The translations under genes and the position numbers were made by a program. From positions 1 through 64,000 of the forward strand of contig NW_021833575.1 in NCBI RefSeq assembly GCF_006345805.1: DNA of 64,000 nucleotides, written 5' to 3'. The stretch is from Octopus sinensis. Lineage: Eukaryota. Shown here in pieces: positions 1-12,762 of this stretch. How positions within the stretch are numbered: position 1 is the stretch's first letter; each line of letters opens with the position of its first letter. The notes below the pieces were generated by a model that worked only from the letters and a program-made list of their open reading frames with translations, did no database searches and was not told where the DNA came from.

Positions 1-161
1 TTCTCGTTGTTGTTTTTTTCTCGCTTGTTCATGTGCGGATTCAGTATATATATATATATTTATACAAACATTAATATATATATATATGTATATATATATA
101 GATATATATGTATATATATTATATATACACACCTCACAATTATATATATATATACATACGT

Positions 162-199
<38 letters not shown>

Positions 200-211
200 T
201 ATACGTATACA

Positions 212-290
<79 letters not shown>
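1..290. repeat. (TA)n-rich microsatellite
   Basis: Direct reading; the ORFs here are IYIY artefacts. Confidence 0.95.
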
Positions 291-517
291 CAGGGTTGTC
301 CAAAAGCCATCCCACAGAAAATGAAAACCATTTAATTCCAAGATTTATTTATGTTAAACAAGTGAATGATTTTAATAAAATTATCTAATACGAAACATCC
401 TAAGAATATTCAAACTGAAGTCTTTCTTGTAAACATTCATAATTGGAATGCATAATTAATTTAAATATTAAGATTTTATAGAATTTTGATTTACTGTCGG
501 GTGACTTTTGGCCAACC

Positions 518-520
<3 letters not shown>
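291..520. mobile_element. Tc1/mariner-type MITE (230 bp)
   Basis: TA|CAGGGTTGTCCAAAAGCCATCCCACAG ... CTGTCGGGTGACTTTTGGCCAACCCTG|TA: ~27-bp imperfect terminal inverted repeats, TA at both ends, no ORF. Confidence 0.85.
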
Positions 521-562
<42 letters not shown>

Positions 563-563
563 A

Positions 564-595
<32 letters not shown>

Positions 596-687
596 TCACC
601 AAAATTTAGATTCAGATGGATATGGGACTTAAGTTAAAGGCACCAGAATTTGGTATTGTATTGTCGATATAAATCAAATGGGGTGAT

Positions 688-970
688 TATAAATAAAATA
701 AGCAACACGGATATCCAAGGTAGTGTAGTACAATCGTTTCATGCTACTTCATTTTATTAAACAATGTAAGTATTATCATTAAGAACATGGTAGTAGAAGG
801 TCCTTCTCCATCGGTAGATTTTCTATCACTCATAAAATAATTCTATATGTGGCTGAAGATTGCTTTACATTTTAAAACTGATGTAATACTTACATTGTTT
901 AATAAAATGAAGTAACATGAAACGATTGTACTACACTACCTTGGATATCCTTGTTGCTTATTTTGATTAT
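688..970. mobile_element. Foldback element (~85-bp inverted arms), probably PLE-derived
   Basis: 688-775 is the reverse complement of 884-970 with few mismatches; ends in (TA)n; contains an HHR-like core. Confidence 0.75.
848..935 (+). ncRNA. Type I hammerhead ribozyme-like motif
   Basis: tgtgg-CTGAAGA-[stem II ttgctt..catttt/aaaatg..aagtaa, 3 extra nt]-GAAAC-gatt-GTA-ctaca; stem I 5 bp. Confidence 0.55.
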
Positions 971-1849
971 ATATATATATATATATAATCTGAGGGATTA
1001 CTCTATACTTTTGTAGAGTACAAAGTTTTTCTTAAGCAAGAATATTGTTGACAGTTAGAAATTTCGGCTTGTCTGACAATGGCTTCACACACACACACAG
1101 GCGCACGCACATACATACTTGCGCGCACACGCACACACACATATTTAGCAGTTTGGCAAGTAAATCCAGTCGGACAATTACCAGGCTTTAAAAATGAAAT
1201 ACTGGGATCGATTCATTCGACTAAAAATTCTTCAAGGCCGTCCCACACCGTGCCATCAGTCAAGTGACTGAAACAAGTGAAGAATAAATGATATATATAT
1301 ATATTCGGGGTTAATGCAGTTTCGCACCTCTCCTTGAAATAATTTTTCCGGATTCCTACATTTTAGATGTCGGATATTACGAATATGCCGAACAAAAAAC
1401 AATTTTAGCCCCATATATATATAATATATATATATACGACGGGCTTCTTTCAGTTTCCGTCTACCAAATCTGCTCGCAAGAGTTTGGTCGCCCCAAGGTG
1501 CCACGCAGTGGAACCGAACCTAGAAGCATGTGGCAGGGAAGCAAGGTTCTTATATTTCATTATATTGGCCATAAAGGCCTTACATAGAGATAGAAAGCTG
1601 CGGGCTAGACACAGACATAATGTTATAGGAAATGAAAAATGAAAATGATAATTAATGGGGGGGAAAAGCGACACTCGCTGATCGTTCTTTTCCGAAAACA
1701 TTGATCTCTTATATTATTCATGAGGCAACAAACCTCTTACACTCTCCACAATTCAATAACAAAATGAGGCACTAAGCATCTTACCTTTTTTCCAAACTAG
1801 GAACTTTCAATAACACTGAGGCTTTTCAACCTCTTATCCATATTCTTCC

Positions 1850-2990
1850 CCAACACCATTTGTGACCCCATCCTCCGCCATCACCCACGTGTCATTCAAG
1901 CACATAGCGGGTGCGGTGTCAGCGTCACCCAGCCACAAGCGATATTCCTCATTAATATACCGTTATACACAGATACCGTTATGACCTCCACAGCTATCTG
2001 CAGAGGCCATTCGGGATCCCCTGTGCAGGCTAAATGTACTCCCTTATGGTGCTTTTCCAACACCTTCTCCACCTCTCCGCCTCTGTAGAAGAAGACCAAT
2101 AATTCGTCTTCCTCCAGGGACGAGGTAGTCACTTCTACCGTCGGCGGCACAATTCCGACCGACGGTGTCTCTTCCCCTGTCGGTGGCACGACCCCCATCG
2201 ACGTGGTTCCGGAACATTCCGGTACTATTTCACCGACTGCTGGCAATGACCCGTTTCTCTTCCTCTTCCTCATTTATTCTTCACAACTTGCATATTTGAC
2301 CCCATGGAGATGAATTTAATAGTTTGCATATACTCTGCCAACTCCCTTTCGATAACAGTTTTTTTTGAAATAGGGTGAAATAATCCTCAACACCATCGTC
2401 CTCTCTTCGAAGTCTTTCAACCACTGTTTGGGTGGTACAATTTCCCACTCCAAAACATTGTCCTTGTTCTTTGCCATGTTTTTTTAAATAAAAAGTCCAA
2501 AAACAGCTCAATATAAAAATTCAAAAGAAAAAGAGGGAAGAAAAAGAAAGAAATCAAAAGAAAGTCACAACAAAAAAGGAAGAAAAAAAGAAAACAGTTC
2601 AATAAAAAGAAGGTCACAAAGAAGATAGAAGGAAAGAAAACAACAGTTCAAAATCACAGCAAGCCAAAAATTCTTCTGGCCACTCGGTAATCCTGGCCTA
2701 TTTGGTAATCCAACTTGAATCCGGACTAGAATACAGCCTACACAAATATTGGTAAGAAGTTGTATCTTCGGTGAATTCGCACAATTATTTGAAAAAAACT
2801 ATTCACTTGAAGTGAACAAATTCTTGGAAGCGAGATACGCCCCCAAAACAACAATTCTCATAATTAAGTGAGAAAACTATTCACTCAACTGTAGGCAGAC
2901 CAGTGTCCAGAATCCAGTGAGGACTTGTTTGTAAAAAAATAATTGCAGCAAGCAACAAATCTCCACGGACCCAAAATACAAGTCTTACCT
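1850..2990 (-). mobile_element. Decayed LINE 5' region (ORF1-like, possibly L1/Tx1-related)
   Basis: Pro/Thr/Glu-rich ORF 1896-2273 ending ...LLVFFYRGGEVEKVLEK..TGDPEWPLQIAVE..; only weakly similar in layout to the ORF1 C-terminus at 61764-62129. Confidence 0.4.
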
Positions 2991-3157
2991 TACAGTTGAG
3001 CTTCGTTTTTAATCACTATTTCACCAGTTTCAAACCAGCGTGGCGACTTCCTTCAGCGGTACGAACAACACTGACAACGAACGCATGCGCAGTGGGAAGC
3101 AAGCTTCTTACCACGCAGCCACGCCTGCGCCTATATATTTATGCTATCATTTACTAT

Positions 3158-3379
3158 TACTCTTTTACTCTTTTACTTGTTTCAGTCATTTGAATGCGGC
3201 CATGCTGGAGCACCGCCTTTAGTCGAGCAAATCGACCCCAGGGCTTATTTTTTGTAAGCCTAGTACTTATTCTATCGGTCTCTTTTGCCGAACTGCTAAC
3301 TTACGGGGACGTAAACACACCACCATCGGTTGTCAAGCGATGTTGGGGGAACAAACACAGACACACAAACACACACCCG

Positions 3380-3418
<39 letters not shown>

Positions 3419-3595
3419 CTATATATATACACGGGCTTTTCTTTCAGTTTCCGTCTACCAAATCCACTCACAAAGCTTTGATCGGCCCGAGGCTATATAG
3501 TAGAAGACACTTGCCCAAGGTGCCACGCAATGGGACTGAACCCGGAACCATGTGGATGGTAAGCAAGCTACTTACCACACAGCCACTCCTGCGTC
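3158..3595 (-). mobile_element. tRNA-derived SINE family A (CORE-like), full copy
   Basis: Head GCAGGAGTGGCTGTGTGGTAAG..GGTTCAGTCCCA (A/B-box-like), CCTTGGGCAAGTGTC segment, internal (TA)n/(CA)n, tail GACTGAAACAAGTAAAAGAG; >15 related copies in the window. Confidence 0.9.
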
Positions 3596-3616
3596 TATAT
3601 TTATCATTCTTTTTTT

Positions 3617-3824
3617 CTTTGTTTCAGTCATTTGACTGCGGTCATGCTGGAGCACTGCCTTTAGTCGAGCAAATCGACCCCAGGACTTATTCTTTGTAAG
3701 CCTAGTACTTATTCTATCGATCTATTTTGCCGAACTGCTAAGTTACGGGGACGTAAACACACCAGCATCGGTTATCAAGTAATATTGGAGAAACAAATAC
3801 AGACGCACAAACATATATATACAC

Positions 3825-3880
<56 letters not shown>

Positions 3881-3895
3881 TATACATATAGATAC

Positions 3896-3927
<32 letters not shown>

Positions 3928-4069
3928 CGGGCTTCTTTCAATTTCGTCTACCAAATCCAATTACAATACTTTAGTCGGCCCGAGGCTTACTCAAGGTTCT
4001 ACGCAGTGGGACTGAACCCAAGACCTTGTGGTGGTAACCAAGCTGCTTACCACAGACCCACACCTGCGA
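3617..4069 (-). mobile_element. SINE family A copy
   Basis: Same blocks as 3158-3595, tandem to it. Confidence 0.85.
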
Positions 4070-4079
4070 CATAATATAT

Positions 4080-4123
<44 letters not shown>

Positions 4124-4124
<1 letters not shown>

Positions 4125-4460
4125 ATACAAAATGGGACAAGAACGCAAAACATCCAGGACAGGTGATATAACAAAAGGACAATAAAACATTCAGATAGAC
4201 GATAGAAAGAAAACAAGGACGAGTCATTTGGAGTTTTCTATCCTCAGTCGAGTTCCAGATTATCTTTGCAATTTCAGCTGGTTATACTCGAGATTGCTCC
4301 AATCTGGCTAGCCCCAAGGAAAAACTAACCTAAGAGCATTAGATCCCTTGGAAAAAAGCAGCGAACGTATACGAAAACAAGGGGAGAAAAAAACAGGGAA
4401 TGTTACACAAATACAAATAATAGGACATAACAACAGGTGTCTTTCGACTAAGGACGAATT
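4124..4460. mobile_element. (TA)n-flanked interspersed repeat family C
   Basis: AATACAAAATGGGACAAGAACGCAAAACATCC.. block; related copies at ~12250-12470, 17704-17849 and ~28540-28810. Confidence 0.7.
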
Positions 4461-4727
4461 ATATATATATATATATATATATATCTTTTATCTTTTATCA
4501 TATATATGTCTTTATCACTTGCCTGTTTCCGTCATTTGACTGCGGCCATGCTGGAGCACCACCTTAAATGGTTTTAGACGGTCGAATAAACCCCCCATTA
4601 CGTATTTCTTTTTCAAGTACTTCTCCTTTGCCAAACTGCTATGTTATGGAGTCGTAAAGGCACCAACACCGATTGTGAAAGGTTGTGAGCTACAAACCCA
4701 GACCTACACGCCCGCGCGCACTCTCGC

Positions 4728-4760
<33 letters not shown>

Positions 4761-4802
4761 GTGTGTGTGTGTGTATGTATGCATATATGTATGTGTGCGT
4801 GA

Positions 4803-4874
4803 GTGTAAATTTCTCTCTTCCACTCGCTCTCCTTTCCTCCTTTCTGTCTCCCTCTACCTCTCTCTGTAACATAG

Positions 4875-4909
<35 letters not shown>

Positions 4910-5175
4910 CATGTATGTATGCGTGCGTGTGTGTAAATTTATCTCTTCCACTCTCTCCCCTTTCCCCCTTTCTGTCTCCTTCTCCCTCTCGCTATAACAT
5001 AGATGTGTGTGCGTGTTTGTGTGTGCGCGCGCGTGTATGTGTGTTTGTGTGTGTGCCTGTGTGTGTGCGTGTATGTACGTATGTGCCTGTATGTATGTGC
5101 GTGTGTGTAAATTTCTCTCTTCCACTCTCTCCTCTTTCCCCCTTTCTGTCTCCCTCTACCTTTCGCTATAACATA

Positions 5176-5179
<4 letters not shown>
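4803..5179. repeat. Three ~75-bp repeats separated by (GT)n spacers
   Basis: GTGTAAATTT(C/A)TCTCTTCCACTC..AACATAGA(T/C)G at 4803, 4931 and 5105. Confidence 0.85.
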
Positions 5180-5218
<39 letters not shown>

Positions 5219-5803
5219 GCGTGCGTGTGTGTGCATGCGTATGCGTGCGCGCGTGCTTCTGTGTAAGGTAGCATTAAAACTAATTACCTGTCTACCTGGA
5301 AACTTTACTTGTAACGACGGTTTACTCTACCTACCAATTATTTATGCCAATTAAAACTTACTCTCTCAGCTTGATCGTAATCACACAAATACACGCTCAC
5401 ACACTCACACACTCACACACACATACACACACGCACATGTTCGCTGTACAGTTAGGTCATTCGGTTGCTTCCGTGATAGACACGAAGGGGCCACGAACCA
5501 GTAAGAACGTGTGTATTTGTTCGATTGACCTGTTGGAAATAGTAGTTAAACACCCCTGAAATAGGCACGGACATAGCCGTGGGGTTAACAAACGCACTTT
5601 TCAATCACATGGTTTTGGGTTCCATCCCTCTCCGCTGCACTTTTGGGCAACTGTATTTTACAATAGCCCCGGTCCAACCAATACCTTGTGAGTGAAATTG
5701 GTAAATAGAAGCTGCATGGCGCTCGTCGTACATATAAGTGTGAGTGAGAGTGCGCGAGTGTGCGCGCGCGTTTGTGTGTGTGTGGCGGTATTCACTAAAT
5801 GTG

Positions 5804-6075
5804 AAGGCGGCGAGCTGGCAGAATAGGCGGCGAGCAGGCAGATAAGGCGGCGAGCTGGCAGAATCGTTAGCACGTCGGGCGAAATGCCTAGCGGTATTTC
5901 GTCTGCCGTTTCGTTGTGAGTTGAAATTCCGCCGAGGTCGACTTTGCCTTTCATCCTTTTGGGGTCGATAAATTAAGTACCAGTTATGCACTGGGGTCGA
6001 TGTAATCGAATTAATACCTATGTCTGCCCTTGTTTGTCCTCTTTGTGTTTAGCCCCTTTTGGGTAATAAAGAAGT
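5804..6075 (+). mobile_element. tRNA-derived SINE family B with triplicated 5' end
   Basis: AGGCGGCGAGCTGGCAGA x3, then ..GAAATTCCGCCGAGGTCGACTTTGCCTTTCATCC..GGTCGATAAATTAAGTACCAG; TATTCACTAA repeated on both flanks. Confidence 0.9.
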
Positions 6076-6879
6076 GATATTCACTAAGTGTAGCTAGTGT
6101 TAGTTCAAAATAGCTATATGTATATCATACATAATGCAAATGCGTCATGGAAAAGCTAATAGCTATATTCGTTCTGTACATCTATGGAGGGGCATATGGC
6201 TTATTCTGTACATCTATGTAGGAGCTTCCTAATCATAAGATGTTGGGTTCAAATACAGAATAGAGCGATGAGTTGTGTTTTTGAGCAAAACCCTTCATTT
6301 TACGCTGCTCTGGCTGTGTGGTAAGAAGTTCAGCCAGATTGTTCTGGTTTCAATCCCAACATGTAGCAATTTGTCCAAGTGTCTCCTACTACAACATGGA
6401 GCCAGCCAAAATCTTATGAGTGGATTTGGTAGAGGTCAACTAGAAGTAGCCTGTCGTATACATATGTGTGTGGGTGAGTGCGCGCGTGTGTGTGTAACAC
6501 CCACCACTACCGCTTGACAACAGGCGTCGGTGTATTTACGTACCCTTAATTTAGCGATTCAGCAAAAGCATAAGTACTTGCCTTAAATACTGGGTTCGAT
6601 TCGTTCGAATAAATGTTCTGCAACGCGGTGCCCCAGCTTGGCCGCAGTCTAATGACTGAAACAAATAAAAAAGAGAGAAAAGGAGAAAGAACCCTGCGAC
6701 GGACTGGCACCCGATCCCGGAGGTGGGTGATATATAGATCACAGAATCCACGAAACCGGCCTTTTGAGTTTAGGGCATGGAAAAGCCCTTTGTATCTTTT
6801 GAAACCGTGCGTCTATAGGAAATGCTTTCTCGAGAGATATGGCGGTTTAGTTATGATGCACAGGTTTAAGGCTTATCTT

Positions 6880-7240
6880 CATGCGTGTGTGTGTACGTGT
6901 GTGTATTTGTGTATGTGTGTATGTGAGTCTGTGTCTGTGTGTGTTTGTGAGTGTTTGTGTGTGTTTGTGTGTGTTTGTTGTGTGTGTGTGTGTGTGTGGT
7001 GTGTGTGTGTGTGTATTTTTTAGTGTGTGTGTTGATGTGCATGTATGTGTTTGTGTGTGTGTGTGTATTTGTGTATGTGTGTATGTGAGTATGTGTCTGT
7101 GTGTGTTTGTGTGTGTTTGTGAGTATGTATGTGTTTGAGTGTGTGTGTTTGTGTGTGTGTGAGTATTGTATGTTTGAGTGTGTGTGTTTGTATCTTTTAG
7201 TGTGTGTGTTGATGTGCGTATATGTGTGTGTGTGAGGGTT
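6880..7240. repeat. (GT)n compound microsatellite
   Basis: Direct reading. Confidence 0.95.
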
Positions 7241-7484
7241 TGTTCTTCATCACCTCTTCGCAATCAATGTTGATTTGTGCATGCCCTCCGTTACTTAGCG
7301 GTTCAGCAAAAGATACTGCTACAATAAGTGCAAGACTTTAATAAGTATTAAGATGATATAGCCCTCGGCACACATAAATCAACGGTATGAACACAGATGG
7401 CATGTTGTTGATCATACGTCCATTGGTTCCAGGATAATCCATCTCTTTTCCCTAAAATGCAAGCCTTGTGCCAAAATTTGAAAC

Positions 7485-7800
7485 CCTTCTTCTTCTTCTT
7501 CTTCTTCTTATCTTCTTTTTACTTCTTACTCCTTTTCTCTTCTTCCTCTCTTCTTCGTCTTCTTTTTACTTCTCCTTCCTTTCTTTCTTCTTCTTCGTTT
7601 TTACTTTTTACTTCTGATTCTTCTTCTTCGTCTTCTTTTTACTTCTTTTTACTTCTTTCCCCTTTATCTTCCTCTGCTTCTCCTCCTTCTTCTTCTTCTT
7701 CTTCTTCTTCTTCTTCTTCTTCTTCTTCTTCCCCCTTCTCCTCTTCTTCTTATTCCCCCTCCTCTTCTCCTCCGCCTCCTCCTCATCATCATCATTACCA
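7485..7800. repeat. (TCT)n/(CCT)n trinucleotide tract
   Basis: Direct reading. Confidence 0.9.
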
Positions 7801-8139
7801 TTTCTGTTATTCTTTCTTATTGTTATCGTTTTTCGGCTTTGGCCATGGAAGAACATTTATCTCTCTTCCTTACCGAAATTCCACGAAGACTTTCAGTCTC
7901 AATTCTAAAATGTTATTACCGATCTGTGGCTTCTCAAACTTCTCTCTCTTTCACTCACCTCCATGTCTGCTTGCTCTCCTTCCCTCATCTTGGTCTCCAT
8001 TACTCACTCTAACACCCATATAACAAAAGAAAAAGGTGCGTGACAAGAATTGAAATTCAATTGCACTTTATCAGCCATTTGCAAGAGAACGAGTCGCCGA
8101 GTTCTTGTGGTTATACTAATGCTGTGCTTGTTGTTGTTG

Positions 8140-8620
8140 TGGTTGTTGCTTTTGTTGTTGTTGTTTCTGTTGTAGTGTTTGATGATGATGATGATGGTTA
8201 TCATCATGATGGTGGTAGTAATAATGATGATGATGACGATGAGGATGAGGATGATGACGATGCGGATGAGGATGATGAGGATGAAGATGATGAAAATGAT
8301 GATGATCATGATGATGATCATGATCGTGATCATGATGATGACGACGATGATGACAACAACGACGACGATCTTGATGACGATGGTGGAGATGATGGCGATG
8401 ATGATCATCATCATGATGACGACGATGCTGATGAGGATGATGATGATGATGATGATGGCGATGATGATGAGAATGATGATATCGACGATGATGATGACGA
8501 TGATGGTGACGATGATGGTGACGATGATGGTGACGATGATGATGATATCGACGAGGATGATGGCGATGATGAAGATGATGATGATGGCGATGCTGCGAAT
8601 GGTGATGCTGTTGTTGTTTT
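8140..8620. repeat. (GTT)n then (GAT/GAC)n trinucleotide tract
   Basis: Direct reading; gives poly-Asp/Met/Ile ORFs in several frames. Confidence 0.9.
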
Positions 8621-8984
8621 TATCGGATTCAACCAGACGAATCATTCGCAACAATTAAGACTTCGGTCACGCTTCAATAATCATTGATTTGGAATTAGTT
8701 ATCGATTTTTCATCGATCGCTTTTTTCCACAGGTTTATATACACCCACGTCCACATCCACCCTATATACACATATTCACACACACACGCACACACACAAA
8801 TACACACACGCACACCCCATACACTCTGACATACGCACTGTTTTCTCGTTTATTCATTCTTACACACACCTACATACACAGACCCTATGTACATGCATAA
8901 TTCAAACAGGGTCGGACAAAAGACACGCACTAACACAGTTGACATTTGATTTATGTCATGTTATTGTTATTGAGTGAGAGAGCA

Positions 8985-9240
8985 GTGCATGCCATCAAAG
9001 TGACACTGGAGTACTGATATACAAAGCCCAATATACCCATCATGACTACGCATCTGATAAGGATACACCAGGCACATGCATCACAACCATATTTGCGCGA
9101 CATGGTGATATTATATCAAGATAAACAGAGCATGACCTTGCAGATGGGGCCCAGTTTGAATGTTCTTCAGGTTGAGAAGCTCATCCCGCTCAAAAGGTCC
9201 CTGAATAAGGATTGTTTAACCCTTTTGTTACCATATTTCT
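8985..9240 (+). mobile_element. Interspersed repeat family D
   Basis: GCCATCAAAGTGACACTGG..CCCATCATGACTAC..CTGATAAGG.TACACCAGGCACATGCATCAC; inverted copy at ~36690-36800. Confidence 0.7.
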
Positions 9241-9559
9241 GTTGAGATATTCTGTCATTATTTCAATTAATTTTGAAAATAATGAAGAATTTAGTAAAAT
9301 ATCTTTGTAGTTATTAATTAGTGTTTAGATCATAAATTAACACTAAGTTCTGATGGAAGATTTTAATTCAAGACACTTGAAAACAAGACACTTGCACCAA
9401 AGAGCCAGGGGTAGTCTCAGGTGGGTTGTTTACAAAAGGATTAAGGATGATGAATGAAATACTCATGTTTCCAGAGGTGAATTATTCAAACTGCAAAGAA
9501 TCCTTTTCAACACATGGCTATGATACTCCCCCGCTACTTCTGCTCGTGATCAGAGATGC

Positions 9560-9790
9560 ACTGATCGTCAGCCACGAAGGAATGTGCATACATATAGGCG
9601 CGTGCGTTTTGAAACTACGTAGGTTCAGTCGACGGCCTTTGTCTGGTGATTTCATTTGCTGCTCATTTGTTCTTATCTGCTCATATTCTGACCGACCAGT
9701 TTGTCCTATGTAGCTTTCCAGTCGTCCACATTTTAATACACTCATTGAGTTTCGGGAATTGCAATTAAAATGTTCTTCCATAATTATCTT
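9560..9790 (-). mobile_element. PLE GIY-YIG endonuclease remnant
   Basis: FNCNSRNSMSVLKCGRLESYIGQTGRS..EQIRTNEQQM resembles the PLE pattern F.C.S.NVIY...C..C...YIG.TGR.L..R..EH. Confidence 0.65.
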
Positions 9791-10249
9791 TCCATAATTA
9801 AACCTGAGCTCTGATCCTTCATTCAAATATAAAGAAAAACCACGATTTTGTCTTTTGTCCCAGAGATGATTTTAGACTTAAAATATTTTTACATAATGAG
9901 TAACGGGCCCCAGGGGGCAGAAAACACCTATACCTGGGTTACGTGGAGAAGGGAGGTAACTCTTTACGAAGTAACCTTCGGAGATTGATTGCCTCCCTTA
10001 AATCTATTGGGCATAAAAAAAAAGAATATTACTTCTTATATTAGATTCACGTCTTTGAAAGTTTTTTAAAATATTTATTACTGGTTTTCTAGCGCCAGTG
10101 ACGTCTATATCTCTCTATCTACAGCTCTCTATCCATCTCTGTCACTATATTTATCTATCTCTCTTCAGTTGTGAAATTGTTTATGAAATTTTGTCCACAT
10201 AAATATATTTTATCAATATTTTAGGTCATCTGTTGTTGATGACATCTTG

Positions 10250-10900
10250 AATATTCTAAAATTTCTTTTTATTTTTTTCATTTAATAATCTTTAAGTTAA
10301 AAACGAAAGGATTTTTATAAATATACCCAAATATGTCATGATTTTGTAGAGTTAAATAGGCTTTTCCTCGGCTTTCTATTTTACTCTCCTAAGAGCATAT
10401 ATATATTGCTTTGTCTATTCTCCTAAGTTCTTTGAACAAGTATGTTTTCCATCCGTAGTCTTTGATCCCATTTTATAGGATTCGGTGCTAGTGTACATTT
10501 CTTTTAATAAATGGAATGAAATATTTGTTCTTACACGATCAAGATGCCAGAATGTAAATAAGTATGTTATTTTGTAAAACGCAGCACTTCGTAGCACGCC
10601 ACAGTGTCACTTTAAAATGGCGGGCATAGCATTTATTTGCGTGTAACTCTTTTATTTTGCGTATACAATTTTGCAATATAGGAAATGGATTTATTTCTCT
10701 CCAAATATTATCCATTATTAAACCTAGCGTTTATCTGATTCAGTTTTTATGGCTTCCCCAAACACAATTATGGCTCGTTTTCGCCGGATATAGAATTGAG
10801 TACACGTTATATAACATAGATATATTTCTCTTCCCTTTCATTCATGGATTTTTAGAGGCTTTTAAGAATATTAATACATTATGTTATTCATGTATTTTTC
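10250..10900 (-). mobile_element. Very decayed LINE RT remnant (tentative)
   Basis: LDRVRTNISFHLLKEM..GE*TKQYIYALRRVK loosely resembles FDRV.H..LF..LKEMG..GE.T..F...RGVRQG; many stops. Confidence 0.3.
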
Positions 10901-11401
10901 TTGTATTTCCAGCATCGCCATATTGTCATAACAATAAAGGTATTTTAGTTGAACAAAGCAAGCCAACATCTTTGGATTCAGAAAGTTAAAAATATTGTAT
11001 CTGTGTCATCAGCAAGGAAAGGATCTGTTTCTCCGATATAGTTATAAACATTTGGTATATTTGTGAACGTACAGGATCGTACAAATTAGTGATGGAACCT
11101 TAGCCTAATACGGAACTAAGCCAACTATGGCGTGTTTGTGAACGTACAGGGTCGTAGAAATCATTGCTGAAATGTTGGCTTCATCGGGAACCGAATGATC
11201 GGTTTACGAATTTAATTCGTTCGTGAAGGCCATTCGTCACCTGAAATGTTCCTAAACCGAAGCTATTATTCGAATATGATATTTATGAGAAGTCACTGCG
11301 AATTTGTGCAGGGGGGCGCACTGAATGAAAGCTAAAGAGTAACTGATAATCTCCTGCTGATTACTCCCGGCTCGCATATTGTGAACGTGCAGGAGCGTAT
11401 T

Positions 11402-11772
11402 TTAGAAGCACTCCGTCGGTTACGACGACGAGGGTTCCGGTTGATCCGAATCAACGGAACAGCCTGCTCGTGAAATTAACGTGTAAGTGGCTGAGCACTC
11501 CACAGACACGTGTACCCTTAACGTAGTTCTCGGGGATATTCAGCGTGACACAGAGAGTGACAAGGCCGGCCCTTGGAAATACAGGTACAACAGAAACAGG
11601 AAGTAAGAGTGAGAGAAAGTTGTGGTGAAAGAGTACAGCAGGGATCACCACCATCCCCTGCCGGAGCCTCGTGGAGCTTTAGGTGTTTTCGCTGAATAAA
11701 CACTCACAACGCCCGGTCTGGGAATCGAAACCGCGAGTCCGCTGCTCTAACCACTGGGCCATTGCGCCTCCA
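11402..11772 (-). mobile_element. tRNA-derived SINE family E with 12-bp target-site duplication
   Basis: Head TGGAGGCGCAATGGCCCAGTGGTTAGAGCAGCGGACTC..GGTTTCGATTCCC; TSD CAGGAGCGTATT at 11390-11401 and 11773-11784; second copy at 57693-58036. Confidence 0.92.
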
Positions 11773-12494
11773 CAGGAGCGTATTAATTAATGCTGATACA
11801 TTGGCCTAGACGATAATCCAACGATCTCGTACGGGAAAATGTACACACCATGCGCTGTAAAGTCGGACGAAGACGTGATGGAATGACGAGAAAGGAAAAT
11901 GGCATTTCGGGAGTATAACCGGATTTATATTGTATAGGAAACTTTGTGGCGCTTGAATTGAACGTCGGTGAGTTTAGGAGAGAATTTAATAAGAAAAACA
12001 GAAAGATACTTAGCATCTTGCTGTAACTGCGAAACACGTTTCAACCGAAACTTAGTGTAAATGATATTAATTTCGAAATTCACAAATCAAGCAGTCATCA
12101 CAAATGAAGTGTCATCGTGTATATTGATTTTTGTAATAACATCTGATTTTTGTGTCATCAATATACCATGGACATGTATTTACTTCTGCAACCCCGGTGA
12201 AAACGGGTGGTAATTGAAGTTAAGGGTCGTAAAGTGATTTCCGAAAATGGTTGGTTTAATAAAAGAGATGACGGATAACCAAACAGACAGAGAGACAGAT
12301 TGGAACAATCTTGAGTATAACCAGCCAAAATTGCAAAGATAATCTGGAACTCGATTGAGGATAGAAAACTCCGACTGACCTGTCCTTGTTTTCCTTCTAT
12401 CGTCTGCCTGGATATTTTGTTGTCCCTTTTTTGTTTCACCTAACTATCTGGATGTTTTGCGTTCTTGTCCCATATATATGCATATTTATGTATG

Positions 12495-12527
<33 letters not shown>

Positions 12528-12529
12528 TA

Positions 12530-12599
<70 letters not shown>

Positions 12600-12606
<7 letters not shown>

Positions 12607-12762
12607 TAGACAAAGAATTATCTTATTACGGATAATTCGAAAGATAACCGATACCTGGGTAGCAAAATTCACAACAGAAGGTCACGGTTGAAGTTACGAC
12701 CATAGGGCATAAAATCCGTGCCTTAGTGCGGAAATTCGTTCAGCTCCATTCTTTCCTATAAC

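Noticed and set aside
4235-4300. Hammerhead in family C (CTGAGGA on minus; CTGAAGA at 17770)
   Set aside because: No correctly placed GAAA or stem III; not foldable as a canonical HHR by eye.
4803-5179. CRISPR-like repeat-spacer look
   Set aside because: Eukaryotic context, 75-bp repeats, microsatellite spacers, no cas genes.
5262-5560. Possible second LTR (TGTAAG.. start)
   Set aside because: No matching CA end or TSD identified.
8040-8687. 215-aa Asp-rich ORF (and overlapping poly-Met/Ile ORFs)
   Set aside because: Trinucleotide microsatellite open in several frames on both strands; no splice or domain evidence.
11010-11050. YIGET peptide on the minus strand
   Set aside because: No surrounding GIY-YIG context; likely chance.
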